Notes: a model not told the origin generated them from the sequence alone. DNA of 64,000 nt from Actinomycetes bacterium (GCA_021791195.1 JAJYXB010000008.1:10921-74920), one strand, 5' to 3'. Positions 16,346-26,266 are shown, counted from the first letter of the stretch. Made by a program: numbers and translations.

Positions 16346-18313
16346 TCACCTGCCGCTGTCTTCGTCCGTACTCTCCCAGGCCATCACCCTGTCCTTGCCT
16401 TCTTCCTTGGCCCGGTAAAGAGAGGCGTCGGCCCGGCCGACCAGACGGTTGTCGTCCGCGGCGTCTTCCGGAAAGGTCGCCACACCGATGCTGGCGGTGA
16501 CCCTCAGCTCACCGGCGCCGGCCAGCCGCAGCCCGGCGATCGCCCGGCGCAGGCTTTCAGACACACGCATCGCCGCCTTCTTCGAAGTCTCGGGGAATAT
16601 CACCGCGAACTCCTCGCCGCCGTAGCGCGCCACGACATCGGTGCCACGCACGCGCTTCGACAGGGCGGCCCCGACCGCCTTCAGCAGCTCATCGCCGCAC
16701 TGATGGCCGTACCGGTCGTTTACGAGCTTGAAGTCATCCAGGTCGATGATCGCCAGCGACAGCACGTGCCCGTACCGCCGGCTCTTGCTGACCTCCTGGC
16801 TCAGGCTGTGCTGGAAGGATCGGAAATTGGCCAGGCCGGTCATCGGATCGGTCACCGCCAGCATCTGCTGCAGCTCGCTGAAATTGACGTTCTCGACGGC
16901 GCTGGCGGCCTGGGTTGCCAATGAATTGAGGATGCGCCGCCGGCTCTCTCCCTCCGATGCGGCGGATTCGCTGAAGACGGCCACGAGCGCGCCCAGGGAC
17001 TGCCGGTCATGCATCAGCGGATAGCCGATCGCCAGCATCTCATTGTCCAGCCGGTGGATCTCGCCGGCCTGCATGATCCCCGAGCCGATGCGATCGGCCA
17101 TCCGCCGCACATCGTTTCGGGCTCCCTCGCTGAAGAAATCTGCGGGCGCGCCCACGAAGATCGACCCGTGCCCGGGCGGCCCAATCTCGGCAAACAGCTG
17201 CACCCAGACTCCCGCGGCGCCGGTTGCCAGACGCGCGGCTTCAGCAACGGTCTTTATCAGCCTGCTGCGATCGGAAGTCGCGCCGAGGATGTCGCCCGCA
17301 TAGGTGAGAGCCAGCATCAACTGCGACCGTGATTCTTCCAGTTCATTGACATAATTTCTGATGTTGGATTGCATCAGGTTGAAGGACGCCGCCAGACCGC
17401 CGATCTCATCCCGGGACCTGATCTCCACATGACGGCCCAGATCTCCGGCCGAGCTCGCGGCAGCGGCTTCATTCAGCTTCCTTAACGGGCCGGTGATGGT
17501 GCGCGCCAGCAGGAAGCCGAGCAGGGCGGCAAGGACCAGCAGCAGGGCGGTCAGCCCCAGGCCCGCTTCGAGCGCCTGGCTGGATGCGGCCCTGACGGTG
17601 GATGCCGGCACGGCAGCCGCCAGGGTCAGCGGCACGGATGTGAGCCCGGCCGGAAGGGAAAGCTCGGTGACGACCAGGTCATGGCCGCCCGCGACGGCCT
17701 GGAATTCGGGCGAGGGCTGCGCGGGCGCCCTCCCGGTGCTGACGGCCGGCGGCGGCTTCGTTCCCGCGGCCGGCTGCAGACCGCCGCCGGGGAGCGATCC
17801 TGCCAGCCTGGTGTTGCCGCTCAGGATCATCCAGTCAAGATCCTGCGGAGAGAAAACCTGCCCGAGCGTGGAAGTATCTATCTGTTTGAGGGCATATACC
17901 TGCCCCTGGGCGCCCGCCCCGCTGGTTAAATCCACGCCCGACTTAAGCAGCGGCGCCTGAACGCCAGCGCTGCCGGACTGGGCCAATGTCTGCCCGGCGG
18001 CGCCGGCCAGCACGACGGCATCGGCGCCGGTTTCGCTCCTGATCTTATCCAGGACCGGCTGCCGCGCGGCGCCGTTTCCCGAGACCAGGGCGCCGGTGTC
18101 GGCCCGCTGCATGGCTGCCTGCAGATCGCCGGCCAGGCCGCGGTCCTGCTCGAAAATTATCGCTGAAGCCGCGGCGAGACTGCTCTGCATCCGGGCGCGG
18201 TAAGTATCCTGGCCGGAGCGGGAGAGGGCGACGCTGGAAAGCACCGTCACCGCCACCAGCGGCAGGATGACGACTCCGGCGAAGAAGAGATAGAGTTTGG
18301 TGCCAAGTTTCAT
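16346..18313 (-). CDS. Membrane sensor diguanylate cyclase (TM-periplasmic-TM-HAMP-GAF-GGDEF)
   Basis: GGDEF active site RYGGEEF with I-site RGTD, a HAMP linker and an N-terminal double TM. Confidence 0.9.
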   Translation of the reverse strand: MKLGTKLYLFFAGVVILPLVAVTVLSSVALSRSGQDTYRARMQSSLAAASAIIFEQDRGLAGDLQAAMQRADTGALVSGNGAARQPVLDKIRSETGADAVVLAGAAGQTLAQSGSAGVQAPLLKSGVDLTSGAGAQGQVYALKQIDTSTLGQVFSPQDLDWMILSGNTRLAGSLPGGGLQPAAGTKPPPAVSTGRAPAQPSPEFQAVAGGHDLVVTELSLPAGLTSVPLTLAAAVPASTVRAASSQALEAGLGLTALLLVLAALLGFLLARTITGPLRKLNEAAAASSAGDLGRHVEIRSRDEIGGLAASFNLMQSNIRNYVNELEESRSQLMLALTYAGDILGATSDRSRLIKTVAEAARLATGAAGVWVQLFAEIGPPGHGSIFVGAPADFFSEGARNDVRRMADRIGSGIMQAGEIHRLDNEMLAIGYPLMHDRQSLGALVAVFSESAASEGESRRRILNSLATQAASAVENVNFSELQQMLAVTDPMTGLANFRSFQHSLSQEVSKSRRYGHVLSLAIIDLDDFKLVNDRYGHQCGDELLKAVGAALSKRVRGTDVVARYGGEEFAVIFPETSKKAAMRVSESLRRAIAGLRLAGAGELRVTASIGVATFPEDAADDNRLVGRADASLYRAKEEGKDRVMAWESTDEDSGR

Positions 18314-18459
18314 GAACGGGAATTCCCGGGGGAAAGATCGACTTGCGGAGTAAATTCAGATACGCCGGACGGACTGGCCGCCGGTGAGAAAAACGCTCCC
18401 CTGACAAAAAATGGTGCCTGAAACAAGTATAGCAAACCCGCGGCGCTCGCCGGCGGGCG

Positions 18460-20118
18460 TCAATGCCTGCCGGAGCGGAGGATGCCTCCCACCAGCCAGA
18501 GACCGAAGAATGCCGAGATCGTGAATCCGAACAGGGCGAACAGGGAGATGCCCAGCAGGCGCGGCCCGCCCGTCACAAACAGTCCGATAACCGACGAACC
18601 GAGGATGAGCGACGCCAGCACAATGGCCACTACCAGCCGGTTCGCCAGTACGGTCAGGCGGCTGCTGAGGTCCTCGAGATTGCGGTGCACGAAGTTGATC
18701 TTCACCTCGCCCTGCCGCACCTGTTCCAGCGTGTCATGCAGCTGGTACGGCAACTGCAGCATCATGTCCAGGTATTTCTGCAGCTCGTGGCTGCCCCGCT
18801 CTACGAGACTGGCGGGCGAGTAGCGGTCGCTGACGAACTCGCGCGCGTATGGCCGGGCGAACTCAAGTACGTTGAACGAAGGGTAGATCTGTGTGGTAAT
18901 TCCCTCCAGTGTCGCCACTGACTTGTCCAGCAGCAGGAATTGCGCCGGCAGCTTCAGCTTCAGCCGGTAGATCGTGCCGAAGATGTCCCGGAAGACGACA
19001 ACCGGGTCCAGGTCGCTCAGGCGGATGCCATAGTACTTGGCGAAAAGATCCCGGAGTTCGTTGATGAACTCCGCCTCCATTTCGTGGGGAAAATCAACGC
19101 CCAGGGCGGCGAGCCGCCGGGGGATGTTTTCCACTTTCTGGTTGGTGACATCGATGAAGAGGCTGATGATGTTCTGGCGGTCATCCGGAGTCAGCCGCCC
19201 GGCGATGCCGAAATCCACCAGCCCGATGGTGCCGTCTTCCATCACCAGGATGTTGGCCGGATGCGGATCGCCGTGAAAGAAGCCGAAGAGAAAGATCTGC
19301 TTCAGCCAGCATTCGGCGATGATCGAGGCCACGGCCTTGCGCTCGGCCATCGTCATCGCCTCGGGGTCGAGATCGGCCACCTGCGTGCCTTCCAGATACT
19401 CCAGCGTCAGCACCCGGGTGGTGCTGTAGCCCCAGTAGACCTTGGGGATGGCGACTGAAGGATCCAGATCGAACAGCTGGGCGAAGCGCTCGGCGTTGCG
19501 CGCCTCGATGCGATAGTCGAGCTCGCTGCGGATGCCGCGGGCAAACTGGTCCACCACGCCCACGGGATCGACCATGATCTCCTGCCGGGTATGGTCGCTG
19601 AGCAGATGCGCGAACTGGTAGAGGAGGTCGATGTCCGCCTTGACCAGCGCCTCCGCGTCGGGCCGCTGTACCTTGACGATGACGCGGTCGCCGTTGGGCA
19701 GCACCGCCCGGTGCACCTGGCCGATGGAAGCCGCCGCGATGGGCGTGTCCTCGAACTCGATGAAGAGGCGCTCCACGGTCAGCTTCAGCTCCGACTCGAT
19801 CGTCTCGTAAGCCTGCCGGACCGGGAAAGCGCGCACCTCGTCCTGCAGCTTGCGCAGCTCCACGAGAATATCCTCGGGAAGGATGTCGGGCCGGGTGCTG
19901 AGCAACTGGCCGAACTTGATGAAGGTCGGCCCCATCTCCTCGAGCATGTTGCGGATATGGACGCCGCGGTTGCCCGTCGGCCGTTTCGCCTCGCGGCGGA
20001 TGTGCGGCATCAGGTTGCGCAGGTTATGACGTTCGAAGAAGTAACCGAAACCATGCCTGACCGCGATCTCGGTGATATGGCGCATCCTGTCGACATTTCT
20101 GACGCTGGAGAATCTCAT
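18460..20118 (-). CDS. ubiB: UbiB/ABC1-family atypical protein kinase
   Basis: ABC1 kinase-like domain (FIKFGQLLSTRPDILP..., HGDPHPANIL) with a C-terminal TM region. Confidence 0.9.
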   Translation of the reverse strand: MRFSSVRNVDRMRHITEIAVRHGFGYFFERHNLRNLMPHIRREAKRPTGNRGVHIRNMLEEMGPTFIKFGQLLSTRPDILPEDILVELRKLQDEVRAFPVRQAYETIESELKLTVERLFIEFEDTPIAAASIGQVHRAVLPNGDRVIVKVQRPDAEALVKADIDLLYQFAHLLSDHTRQEIMVDPVGVVDQFARGIRSELDYRIEARNAERFAQLFDLDPSVAIPKVYWGYSTTRVLTLEYLEGTQVADLDPEAMTMAERKAVASIIAECWLKQIFLFGFFHGDPHPANILVMEDGTIGLVDFGIAGRLTPDDRQNIISLFIDVTNQKVENIPRRLAALGVDFPHEMEAEFINELRDLFAKYYGIRLSDLDPVVVFRDIFGTIYRLKLKLPAQFLLLDKSVATLEGITTQIYPSFNVLEFARPYAREFVSDRYSPASLVERGSHELQKYLDMMLQLPYQLHDTLEQVRQGEVKINFVHRNLEDLSSRLTVLANRLVVAIVLASLILGSSVIGLFVTGGPRLLGISLFALFGFTISAFFGLWLVGGILRSGRH

Positions 20119-20142
20119 CCCTGCCTCTCGAAACCGGGGAAA

Positions 20143-20279
20143 CCCGGGACACCTTATGATTTTTTTTCGCCATCATCCCGGGGGCACTGGTCAAAAAAAT
20201 CATAAGGTGTCCCCGGTTTATTTAATCCATCATCCCGGGATGCCGGTCAAAAAAATCATAAGGTGTCCCCGGTTTATTT
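20143..20279. repeat. Triplicated 24-nt motif (one inverted, two direct) forming a long hairpin
   Basis: CCCGGGACACCTTATGATTTTTTT at 20143-20167 is the reverse complement of AAAAAAATCATAAGGTGTCCCCGG, which occurs at 20193-20216 and 20249-20272. The two direct copies sit in 52-53-bp tandem units (20171-20223 and 20228-20279). Confidence 0.75.
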
Positions 20280-20618
20280 CTGTTCTGCTTTCCGGGCAGT
20301 GGTGTCGGCTTCCAGCAGCGACAGCCGGTGCTCCAGCTGGGCGATCTTCAGCTGCATCTCCTCGAGCTGGTCTTCCGTCGCCACGCCGATATCGCGAAAT
20401 GTGCGCTGCAGGCTGGCGTCGATGCGGCTCTTGGCCGTGCGCGTCTCGTCCCGGGCCTTCTGCACCAGTTCGTTGACCGATTCCCGGCCTTCGTCGGTGG
20501 TTTCCCGCCCGCGGCCCACCAGCTCTCCGGCCAGCGCCTCCGCCACATCCCGCGACAGCGAAGCCGCGCCGATGGTCATGAGAATGCTGCGTTCCAGCAG
20601 GTTGGACATTACTTTCAC
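20274..20618 (-). CDS. Phasin-family (PHA-granule-associated/regulator-like) coiled-coil protein
   Basis: 114-aa product with the phasin_2-like pattern (LTIGAASLSRDVAEALAGELVGRG...EEMQLKIAQLEHRL). Confidence 0.55.
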   Translation of the reverse strand: MKVMSNLLERSILMTIGAASLSRDVAEALAGELVGRGRETTDEGRESVNELVQKARDETRTAKSRIDASLQRTFRDIGVATEDQLEEMQLKIAQLEHRLSLLEADTTARKAEQK

Positions 20619-20771
20619 CTCCCAACAAACGCAAATGCGGAGCTTTGGAGCATGATTTCGATCCGGACCCTCATTATAACGGCCGCCGGGTCCAGGTCCA
20701 TTAGCCAGCAGGAAGTCCGCGACAGGATTCTACCCGGGGAAAGCGTTCCGTAACTCCCGGAGACGCGTAAG

Positions 20772-20792
20772 GCCGCCGGAAAAACCGGCGGC
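20772..20792. terminator. GC hairpin downstream of secF (GCCGCCGG-aaaaa-CCGGCGGC)
   Basis: 8-bp perfect stem immediately 3' of the secF stop. No clean U-tract follows. Confidence 0.35.
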
Positions 20793-20797
20793 GGGAC

Positions 20798-21718
20798 TTA
20801 ATCCCCGGCCTTGGCCACCTTGGCCTTGCGCTGGGATCTGCTGACCTGGGGCCGGTAGCGCTTCTCGCGCTCCTTCCACAGCGTCAGCAGCGGCGCCGCC
20901 ACGAAGATGGAGGAGTAAGCGCCCGAAGCGATGCCGATCAGCAGCGCGAAGGCGAAGTCCTTGAGCGTCTGGCCGCCAAAGACGAACAGGCAGGCCACCG
21001 GCAGCAGCGTCAGCAGCGACGTGATGATTGACCGGTTCATCACTTCCCAGATGGAGTTGTTCACCATTTCGGCGTAGGCGCCGCGGCGGGCCCGGGGCGC
21101 ATTTTCCCGGATGCGGTCAAAGACGATGATGGTATCGTAGAGCGAATAACCGAGGATGGTGAGCACCGCGGCCACCGTGGCCGTGGTCACCTCCCGGCCG
21201 ACGAGCGAATAGACGCCGACGGTCACCAGCAGGTCATGGATCAGCGCCACCAGCGTCGCCACCGCCGACTTGTATTCGAACCGGGCCGAGACATAGACGA
21301 TGATGATCAGCCAGGCGAGGATGACAGCTTCGAGCATCGAGTCAACCACCTGACGGCCAAATGTCGGTCCGACGCTGTCCCAGGACTTGTCCGAGACGCC
21401 AATTTTGGTGTTGAGCGCGTTGATGACCGCATCCTCCTGATCGGCGGTCAGCGATGGCAACGTCACCTGGTAACGGCTGTCGCCAACGGTCTGGACCACG
21501 GAATCGGGATAGCCGGCGCCGGCGACGATGTCACGCACCTCGCCGACACTGGTGTTACGGTTGAACTTCGCCGTCAGGCGGCTGCCGCCCTTGAAATCGA
21601 TGCTGAGGTTGAGCCCGCGGGTAGCCAGGCTTATCAGGCCGACGATGATGACGATGCCGGAAAGGGCAAACCACCAGTACTTCTTGCCCATGAAATCTAT
21701 GTGAATTTTTTCCATCAT
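20798..21718 (-). CDS. secF: Protein translocase subunit SecF
   Basis: SecF family with 6 TM helices. Overlaps secD by 4 nt. Confidence 0.95.
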   Translation of the reverse strand: MMEKIHIDFMGKKYWWFALSGIVIIVGLISLATRGLNLSIDFKGGSRLTAKFNRNTSVGEVRDIVAGAGYPDSVVQTVGDSRYQVTLPSLTADQEDAVINALNTKIGVSDKSWDSVGPTFGRQVVDSMLEAVILAWLIIIVYVSARFEYKSAVATLVALIHDLLVTVGVYSLVGREVTTATVAAVLTILGYSLYDTIIVFDRIRENAPRARRGAYAEMVNNSIWEVMNRSIITSLLTLLPVACLFVFGGQTLKDFAFALLIGIASGAYSSIFVAAPLLTLWKEREKRYRPQVSRSQRKAKVAKAGD

Positions 21719-23148
21719 TGTCCGGCCTTCTTTACTTTGCCGGTGGCCAGCGGTTCAGGCTTTTTCACTTTGATGCCCATCAGCGTCGGACTGTTGAACA
21801 GGCGCAGGTTGGTCAGCAGCCCCAGCATCGCGCGGGTAGCTACGATGGCGGTGAACATGCTGATGACGACGCCGATGATCAGCGTCAGCGCGAAGCCCTT
21901 CACGCCGGCGGTCGCCAGGCTGAAGATGATCAGCGCCGTGATGATGGTGACGACGTTGGCGTCCAGGATGGTGTGGAAACCTTTGGCGTAACCGGAGTTG
22001 ACAGCGGAGCGGATGGTCTTGCCAAGGCGCACCTCTTCCTTGATACGTTCAAAGATGACGACATTGGCGTCCGCGGCCACGCCCACGGTCAGGATCATGC
22101 CGGCGATGCCCGGCAGCGTCAGCGTCGATGGATGCCAGGGGTTGGTGAGAGCGGCATAATAAAGCACGCCGTAGATGACCAGCGCCAGGTCGGCGACGAC
22201 ACCCAGCAGGCGGTAATAGAAGATGAGGAAGACCATCACGATCGCCAGGCCGATGGCGCCGGCGATCAGCCCCTGCCTGAGCGAAGCCTTACCCAGGGTG
22301 GCGCTGATCTCCTGCTTGTCGACCTGTTCCAGCTGCACCGGCAGCGCGCCGGTCTGCAGCACCAGCACGGTATCCTTGACTTCCTGCAGAGACATGTTTC
22401 CAGTGATCTCCGCCGAGCCGCCGGTGATCTGGCTCTTCACCGTAGGCGCCGACTGCACCTCGCCGTCGAGCACAATCGCCATCTGCTGCGTCTTGCCGGT
22501 AATGGAACCCTCAGTAGCCAGCTTCTGCGTGACATCGGCGAACTGCTTGGCGCCGTTGCTGTTGAAACTCATCTGAACCTTGGGGCGACCGTAATCATCA
22601 TAGCCGACCGAGGCGTTGTCCAGTGCGTCGCCGCCCATTAGCGGCGTCTTGTCAACCACATACGGCTGCTGCACCGGCTGGCCGTTCTGATTCTTGACGG
22701 GGTTGCCGTCCTTGTCCTTGACGAGCATGAAAAGCAGCAGCTTGTCCGGAGGAATCTTGTCGGGAGCAAGCGTCCCGGCGGCCACCTGCTGCGTCAGTCC
22801 CTGATCGACTCTCATGAACTGCAGCTGCGCCGTCTGGCCGATCAGCTTCGTTGCTTCCTCGACGTTCTTGACTCCGGCTAGCGCAACCGAAATCTGGTTG
22901 CTGCCCTGACGGCTGATCTCCGGTTCAGACACGCCCAGCTTGTCGACGCGGTTGCGGATGACCAGCTCGGCCTGGTCCATCTGGTCGCTGGTGACGTTGC
23001 CCTTTGCCTGCAGGATTACCTCCAGGCCACCCTGCAGGTCAAGCCCCAGCTTGGTTTTCTGGGAAGGTGGATAGATGATGTATACGGAAGCGCCCAGCAG
23101 CAGCACCATCACTGCCAGCACCAAGAGATGTCTTTTTCTTTCAGTCAA
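21715..23148 (-). CDS. secD: Protein translocase subunit SecD
   Basis: SecD family. TTG start preceded by AGGAAA. Confidence 0.95.
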   Translation of the reverse strand: MTERKRHLLVLAVMVLLLGASVYIIYPPSQKTKLGLDLQGGLEVILQAKGNVTSDQMDQAELVIRNRVDKLGVSEPEISRQGSNQISVALAGVKNVEEATKLIGQTAQLQFMRVDQGLTQQVAAGTLAPDKIPPDKLLLFMLVKDKDGNPVKNQNGQPVQQPYVVDKTPLMGGDALDNASVGYDDYGRPKVQMSFNSNGAKQFADVTQKLATEGSITGKTQQMAIVLDGEVQSAPTVKSQITGGSAEITGNMSLQEVKDTVLVLQTGALPVQLEQVDKQEISATLGKASLRQGLIAGAIGLAIVMVFLIFYYRLLGVVADLALVIYGVLYYAALTNPWHPSTLTLPGIAGMILTVGVAADANVVIFERIKEEVRLGKTIRSAVNSGYAKGFHTILDANVVTIITALIIFSLATAGVKGFALTLIIGVVISMFTAIVATRAMLGLLTNLRLFNSPTLMGIKVKKPEPLATGKVKKAGQ

Positions 23149-23304
23149 ATAATTTCCTGCTCAAGAAATTTCCTGCTCAAGACGTAAAAAACAGGCCCGC
23201 CTGAAGTTCACGGCAGCCCTTAAAAAAGCATAAGTGAAAAGCAGGAGGGTGTCAAAGAATCCGGGCCACCACGGCTGATTCGTCGCCAGCGCCCGGCAAT
23301 CACA

Positions 23305-23697
23305 TTACGACTCTTCCGACTCCTCTTCATTGGATCCTGGAGCTTCCTCTGCCGCCCCGGCCTCAATCTCGCGCTTTGCGATGGAGCCGCGTGACAGCTT
23401 CACCTCTGTCTTCCTGGCGATCTCCAGCATGATGTAATCATCCTTCACCTTGGTGACTGTGCCATAGATGCCGCCGGCAGTCATTACGGTATCACCCTTG
23501 TTGATCGACCGCACCAGCTGATCGTGCTGTTTGCGCTGCTTCTGGGTCGGCCGGATGAGAGCGAAATACAACACGACGATAAAGACTATGAATATGGCCA
23601 GGGTGGTGAAGCCGCCGGAAACTCCGGAACCGCCGTCCTGTCCCAGCAAGAATGTGAAAGCAACAGTCAAATCCGCTCCTCTCTCCGCCAGTTCCAT
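23305..23697 (-). CDS. yajC: Preprotein translocase subunit YajC
   Basis: Conserved YajC core (IRPTQKQRKQHDQLV...GDTVMTAGGIYGTV). The start may be internal. Confidence 0.85.
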   Translation of the reverse strand: MELAERGADLTVAFTFLLGQDGGSGVSGGFTTLAIFIVFIVVLYFALIRPTQKQRKQHDQLVRSINKGDTVMTAGGIYGTVTKVKDDYIMLEIARKTEVKLSRGSIAKREIEAGAAEEAPGSNEEESEES

Positions 23698-23752
23698 GAA
23701 TAGTCAATAAACAACTCTGGTGCACCGGATCTGTTATTATCCCCCATCCCGG

Positions 23753-24907
23753 CTACCTGTAAGCCACGGGCGCGTCGCGCAGAAAATCATTAAAGCGCCC
23801 GGCGACGATCGCCTGCCTGGCTCTACGGGTCAAGTCTACCAGAAAAGTGACATTGTGTAGAGACAGCAGCTGCAGGCCGAGGATCTCCTTCTGCGTGATC
23901 AGATGGCGGAGGTAGGCGCGGCTGAAGCTCTGGCAGGCGTAGCAGCGGCAACCGGGCTCCAGGGGACCGTCCTGCAAGGCATGAACGGCGTTGCGCAGGT
24001 TGAGGCTGCCGTCTGAGGTGAAGGCGCGACCGTTGCGCGCCACCCGCGTCGGCAGCACGCAGTCGAACATGTCGATGCCGGCGGCGATCGCCTCGAGGAT
24101 GCCGGCAGGATCGCCCAGCCCCATGAAGTAACGCGGCTTCTCCGCCGGCAGCAGGCCGGCGGTGAAACGCATCGTCTCCAGCATCGCTGCGCGCTCCTCA
24201 CCGACGCTAAGGCCGCCCAGCGCATAGCCGCCGAAACCGAGCTCAATAGTGCGCTCGGCGCTCTCGCGGCGCAGATCGAGGTCGGTGCCACCCTGGACGA
24301 TGCCCATCAGCAGCTGATCTTCGCGTGCCTGCGCCCGCCGGCAGCGGCCGGCCCACTCCGCCGTGCGCAGCACTGCCTGGCGCAGATATCCGCGGTCGAC
24401 TGCGGCCGGGGGGCACTCGTCGAAACACATGATGATGTCCGCGCCGAGCCGCTCCTGGACCGCGGTGGCCATCTCCGGGGTGAAGAAATGAGCCGAGCCG
24501 TCATAGAGCGAGCGGAACTCGACGCCGTCCCCCCTGATGCGGGCCGTCTCCCCCAGGCTGAATACCTGGAAGCCGCCGCTGTCGGTGAGGATCGGACCTT
24601 CCCAGGACATGAACCGGTGCAGGCCGCCCATAGCCGCCACCGTTTCCACCCCGGGACGGAAATAAAGATGATAGGCGTTGGCGAGGATGACGCCGGCGCC
24701 GGCTTCGGCCAGGTCCCGCGGCGAGAGCGTCTTCACCGTCGCCCGGGTGCCGACCGGCATGAAACAGGGGGTCTCCACGGCGCCGTGCGGGGTCATGAGC
24801 ACAGCGGCGCGCGCCTCGCCCTGGCGGGCCTCGATTTCAAAGGAAAACGGGTTCACGACAGGTTCTATCTTAGCTGAAAACCCGGCCGGGCAGCCCGGCG
24901 CATGCAC
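23753..24907 (-). CDS. tgt: Queuine tRNA-ribosyltransferase
   Basis: TGT family zinc site (CxCxxC...H) and catalytic Asp motifs. The N-terminus may begin at VNPFSFEI. Confidence 0.9.
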   Translation of the reverse strand: MHAPGCPAGFSAKIEPVVNPFSFEIEARQGEARAAVLMTPHGAVETPCFMPVGTRATVKTLSPRDLAEAGAGVILANAYHLYFRPGVETVAAMGGLHRFMSWEGPILTDSGGFQVFSLGETARIRGDGVEFRSLYDGSAHFFTPEMATAVQERLGADIIMCFDECPPAAVDRGYLRQAVLRTAEWAGRCRRAQAREDQLLMGIVQGGTDLDLRRESAERTIELGFGGYALGGLSVGEERAAMLETMRFTAGLLPAEKPRYFMGLGDPAGILEAIAAGIDMFDCVLPTRVARNGRAFTSDGSLNLRNAVHALQDGPLEPGCRCYACQSFSRAYLRHLITQKEILGLQLLSLHNVTFLVDLTRRARQAIVAGRFNDFLRDAPVAYR

Positions 24908-24931
24908 GGAATTATCCTTCTACCGGTTTTC

Positions 24932-25888
24932 ATGTTACAATCGCCAAGAATGTTCCTCCACGGTAGCAAGACAATCATCGCGGTAATAGCCATCGCAGCG
25001 GTAGTGCTCGGATTCATCGGCTTCAATTCCCTGCAAGGCAACAACGCCTTCAGGATTCCGGCTGCCGTGTCCTTAAGCAAGGGAGCCGGCACCCCCTCGG
25101 GCCCGCCGTCCGCGCCATCGCCGCTGGCGGCAGCCGCAGCCCCGGCGCCCGCTGCGCGGCCAGCAGCCACACCAGCAGCCGTCCCCGCCGCGCCCACCAT
25201 TGGCAAGTACGCGGTCATCATCGGCATCGACTACGACCATTACGATTTCGGTGCGGTCCACTACGCCGACCAGGATGCCGGCAGCGTGTACCGGATGCTC
25301 ACCCAGCAGAAGGGCTTCCTGCCGCAGAACATCAGGCTGCTGCAGAACAACCAGGCGACGCACGACAACATCATGTCGGCGCTCAGCTGGCTGGTGACCA
25401 ACCCCGGGATCAACGCCAACTCCGAAGTCGTTTTCTTTTACAGCGGGCACGGACTGCGCAACGGCGCGGGCGCCGGCCTGAACATTCCCGGCTTCCCGGC
25501 GGCTTCGGCGCTGGTGCCGTTCGACTTCTACAATTATGACTACCACAAGGGCGATGGTCTGATCTGGGATGGTGACCTGGCCGACAAGCTCTCGCTCATC
25601 CATCCGCACCTGATGTGGGTCTCGATCGACAGCTGCTTCGCCGGCGGCTTCGTCCGCCCGGGCATCGCCGGTCCCAACCGCATCATCACGACCTCCAGCC
25701 AGGCCGACGAGCTTTCCAACGAGCTGCCCAGCGCCCAGCGCGGCGTGTTCACCAATTTCCTCGTCGATCAGGGCATAGACAGGGGACTGCCGATCGAACA
25801 GGCTTTCTGGGGCGCCTTCCAGCAGTCGCAGGCCTACCATCAGGATCCGCAGATCTCCGACAACTACCCCCAGAGCGGCGACCTCTAG
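24932..25888 (+). CDS. Membrane-anchored caspase-like cysteine protease (peptidase C14 domain)
   Basis: N-terminal TM helix, a Pro/Ala-rich linker, then a caspase His (FFYSGHGL) / Cys (SIDSCFAGG) dyad. Alternative starts at 24902 or 24950. Confidence 0.7.
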   Translation: MLQSPRMFLHGSKTIIAVIAIAAVVLGFIGFNSLQGNNAFRIPAAVSLSKGAGTPSGPPSAPSPLAAAAAPAPAARPAATPAAVPAAPTIGKYAVIIGIDYDHYDFGAVHYADQDAGSVYRMLTQQKGFLPQNIRLLQNNQATHDNIMSALSWLVTNPGINANSEVVFFYSGHGLRNGAGAGLNIPGFPAASALVPFDFYNYDYHKGDGLIWDGDLADKLSLIHPHLMWVSIDSCFAGGFVRPGIAGPNRIITTSSQADELSNELPSAQRGVFTNFLVDQGIDRGLPIEQAFWGAFQQSQAYHQDPQISDNYPQSGDL

Positions 25889-25892
25889 ACAC

Positions 25893-25917
25893 CGCCCGGG
25901 TCTTATTACAGCAGCAG
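25893..25917. repeat. 25-bp direct repeat, left copy (CGCCCGGGTCTTATTACAGCAGCAG), duplicating the queA 3' end
   Basis: Identical to 27254-27278. The pair flanks a 1.34-kb lower-GC insert. Confidence 0.75.
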
Positions 25918-26266
25918 GCCGGCCCGGTGCAGCCGCCCGGTCCGCCCTATCCCGCCATGACCAGGATTCTTCCGTGAGGGGTCGGTACCCCGAGACGGCA
26001 AATGGATGTCTGATCGCACGAAAATGTGGTGGCCCTTGAAAGACAGGTCAGGAAAGAGCACCGCTTGTTAACACGGTTGAAAAATTCATCCTGGGAGGAA
26101 ATCTCCGTTTTCCCCTTGACAAGTACTAATCATGGAGGTCCACTTTAGTCCAAAGGTCTTGCTACCTGGATTCTCGGCAACATCACGAACGTTAAGGGTT
26201 GCCGTGTCATCATTCCCATCCGATCTCGATTAATCCCCAGCTCTTGGATTAGCAAACTATCTTTTT

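Noticed and set aside
20143-20279. Possible CRISPR array
   Set aside because: Only two direct units plus one inverted copy. The sequences between the units are themselves near-identical rather than unique spacers, and there is no leader. It is treated as a structured repeat instead.
25889-26266. tRNA or tmRNA gene as integration target for the 1.34-kb insert
   Set aside because: No T-loop (GTTCRANYC) or acceptor/anticodon architecture was found. The duplicated sequence corresponds to the queA 3' end instead.
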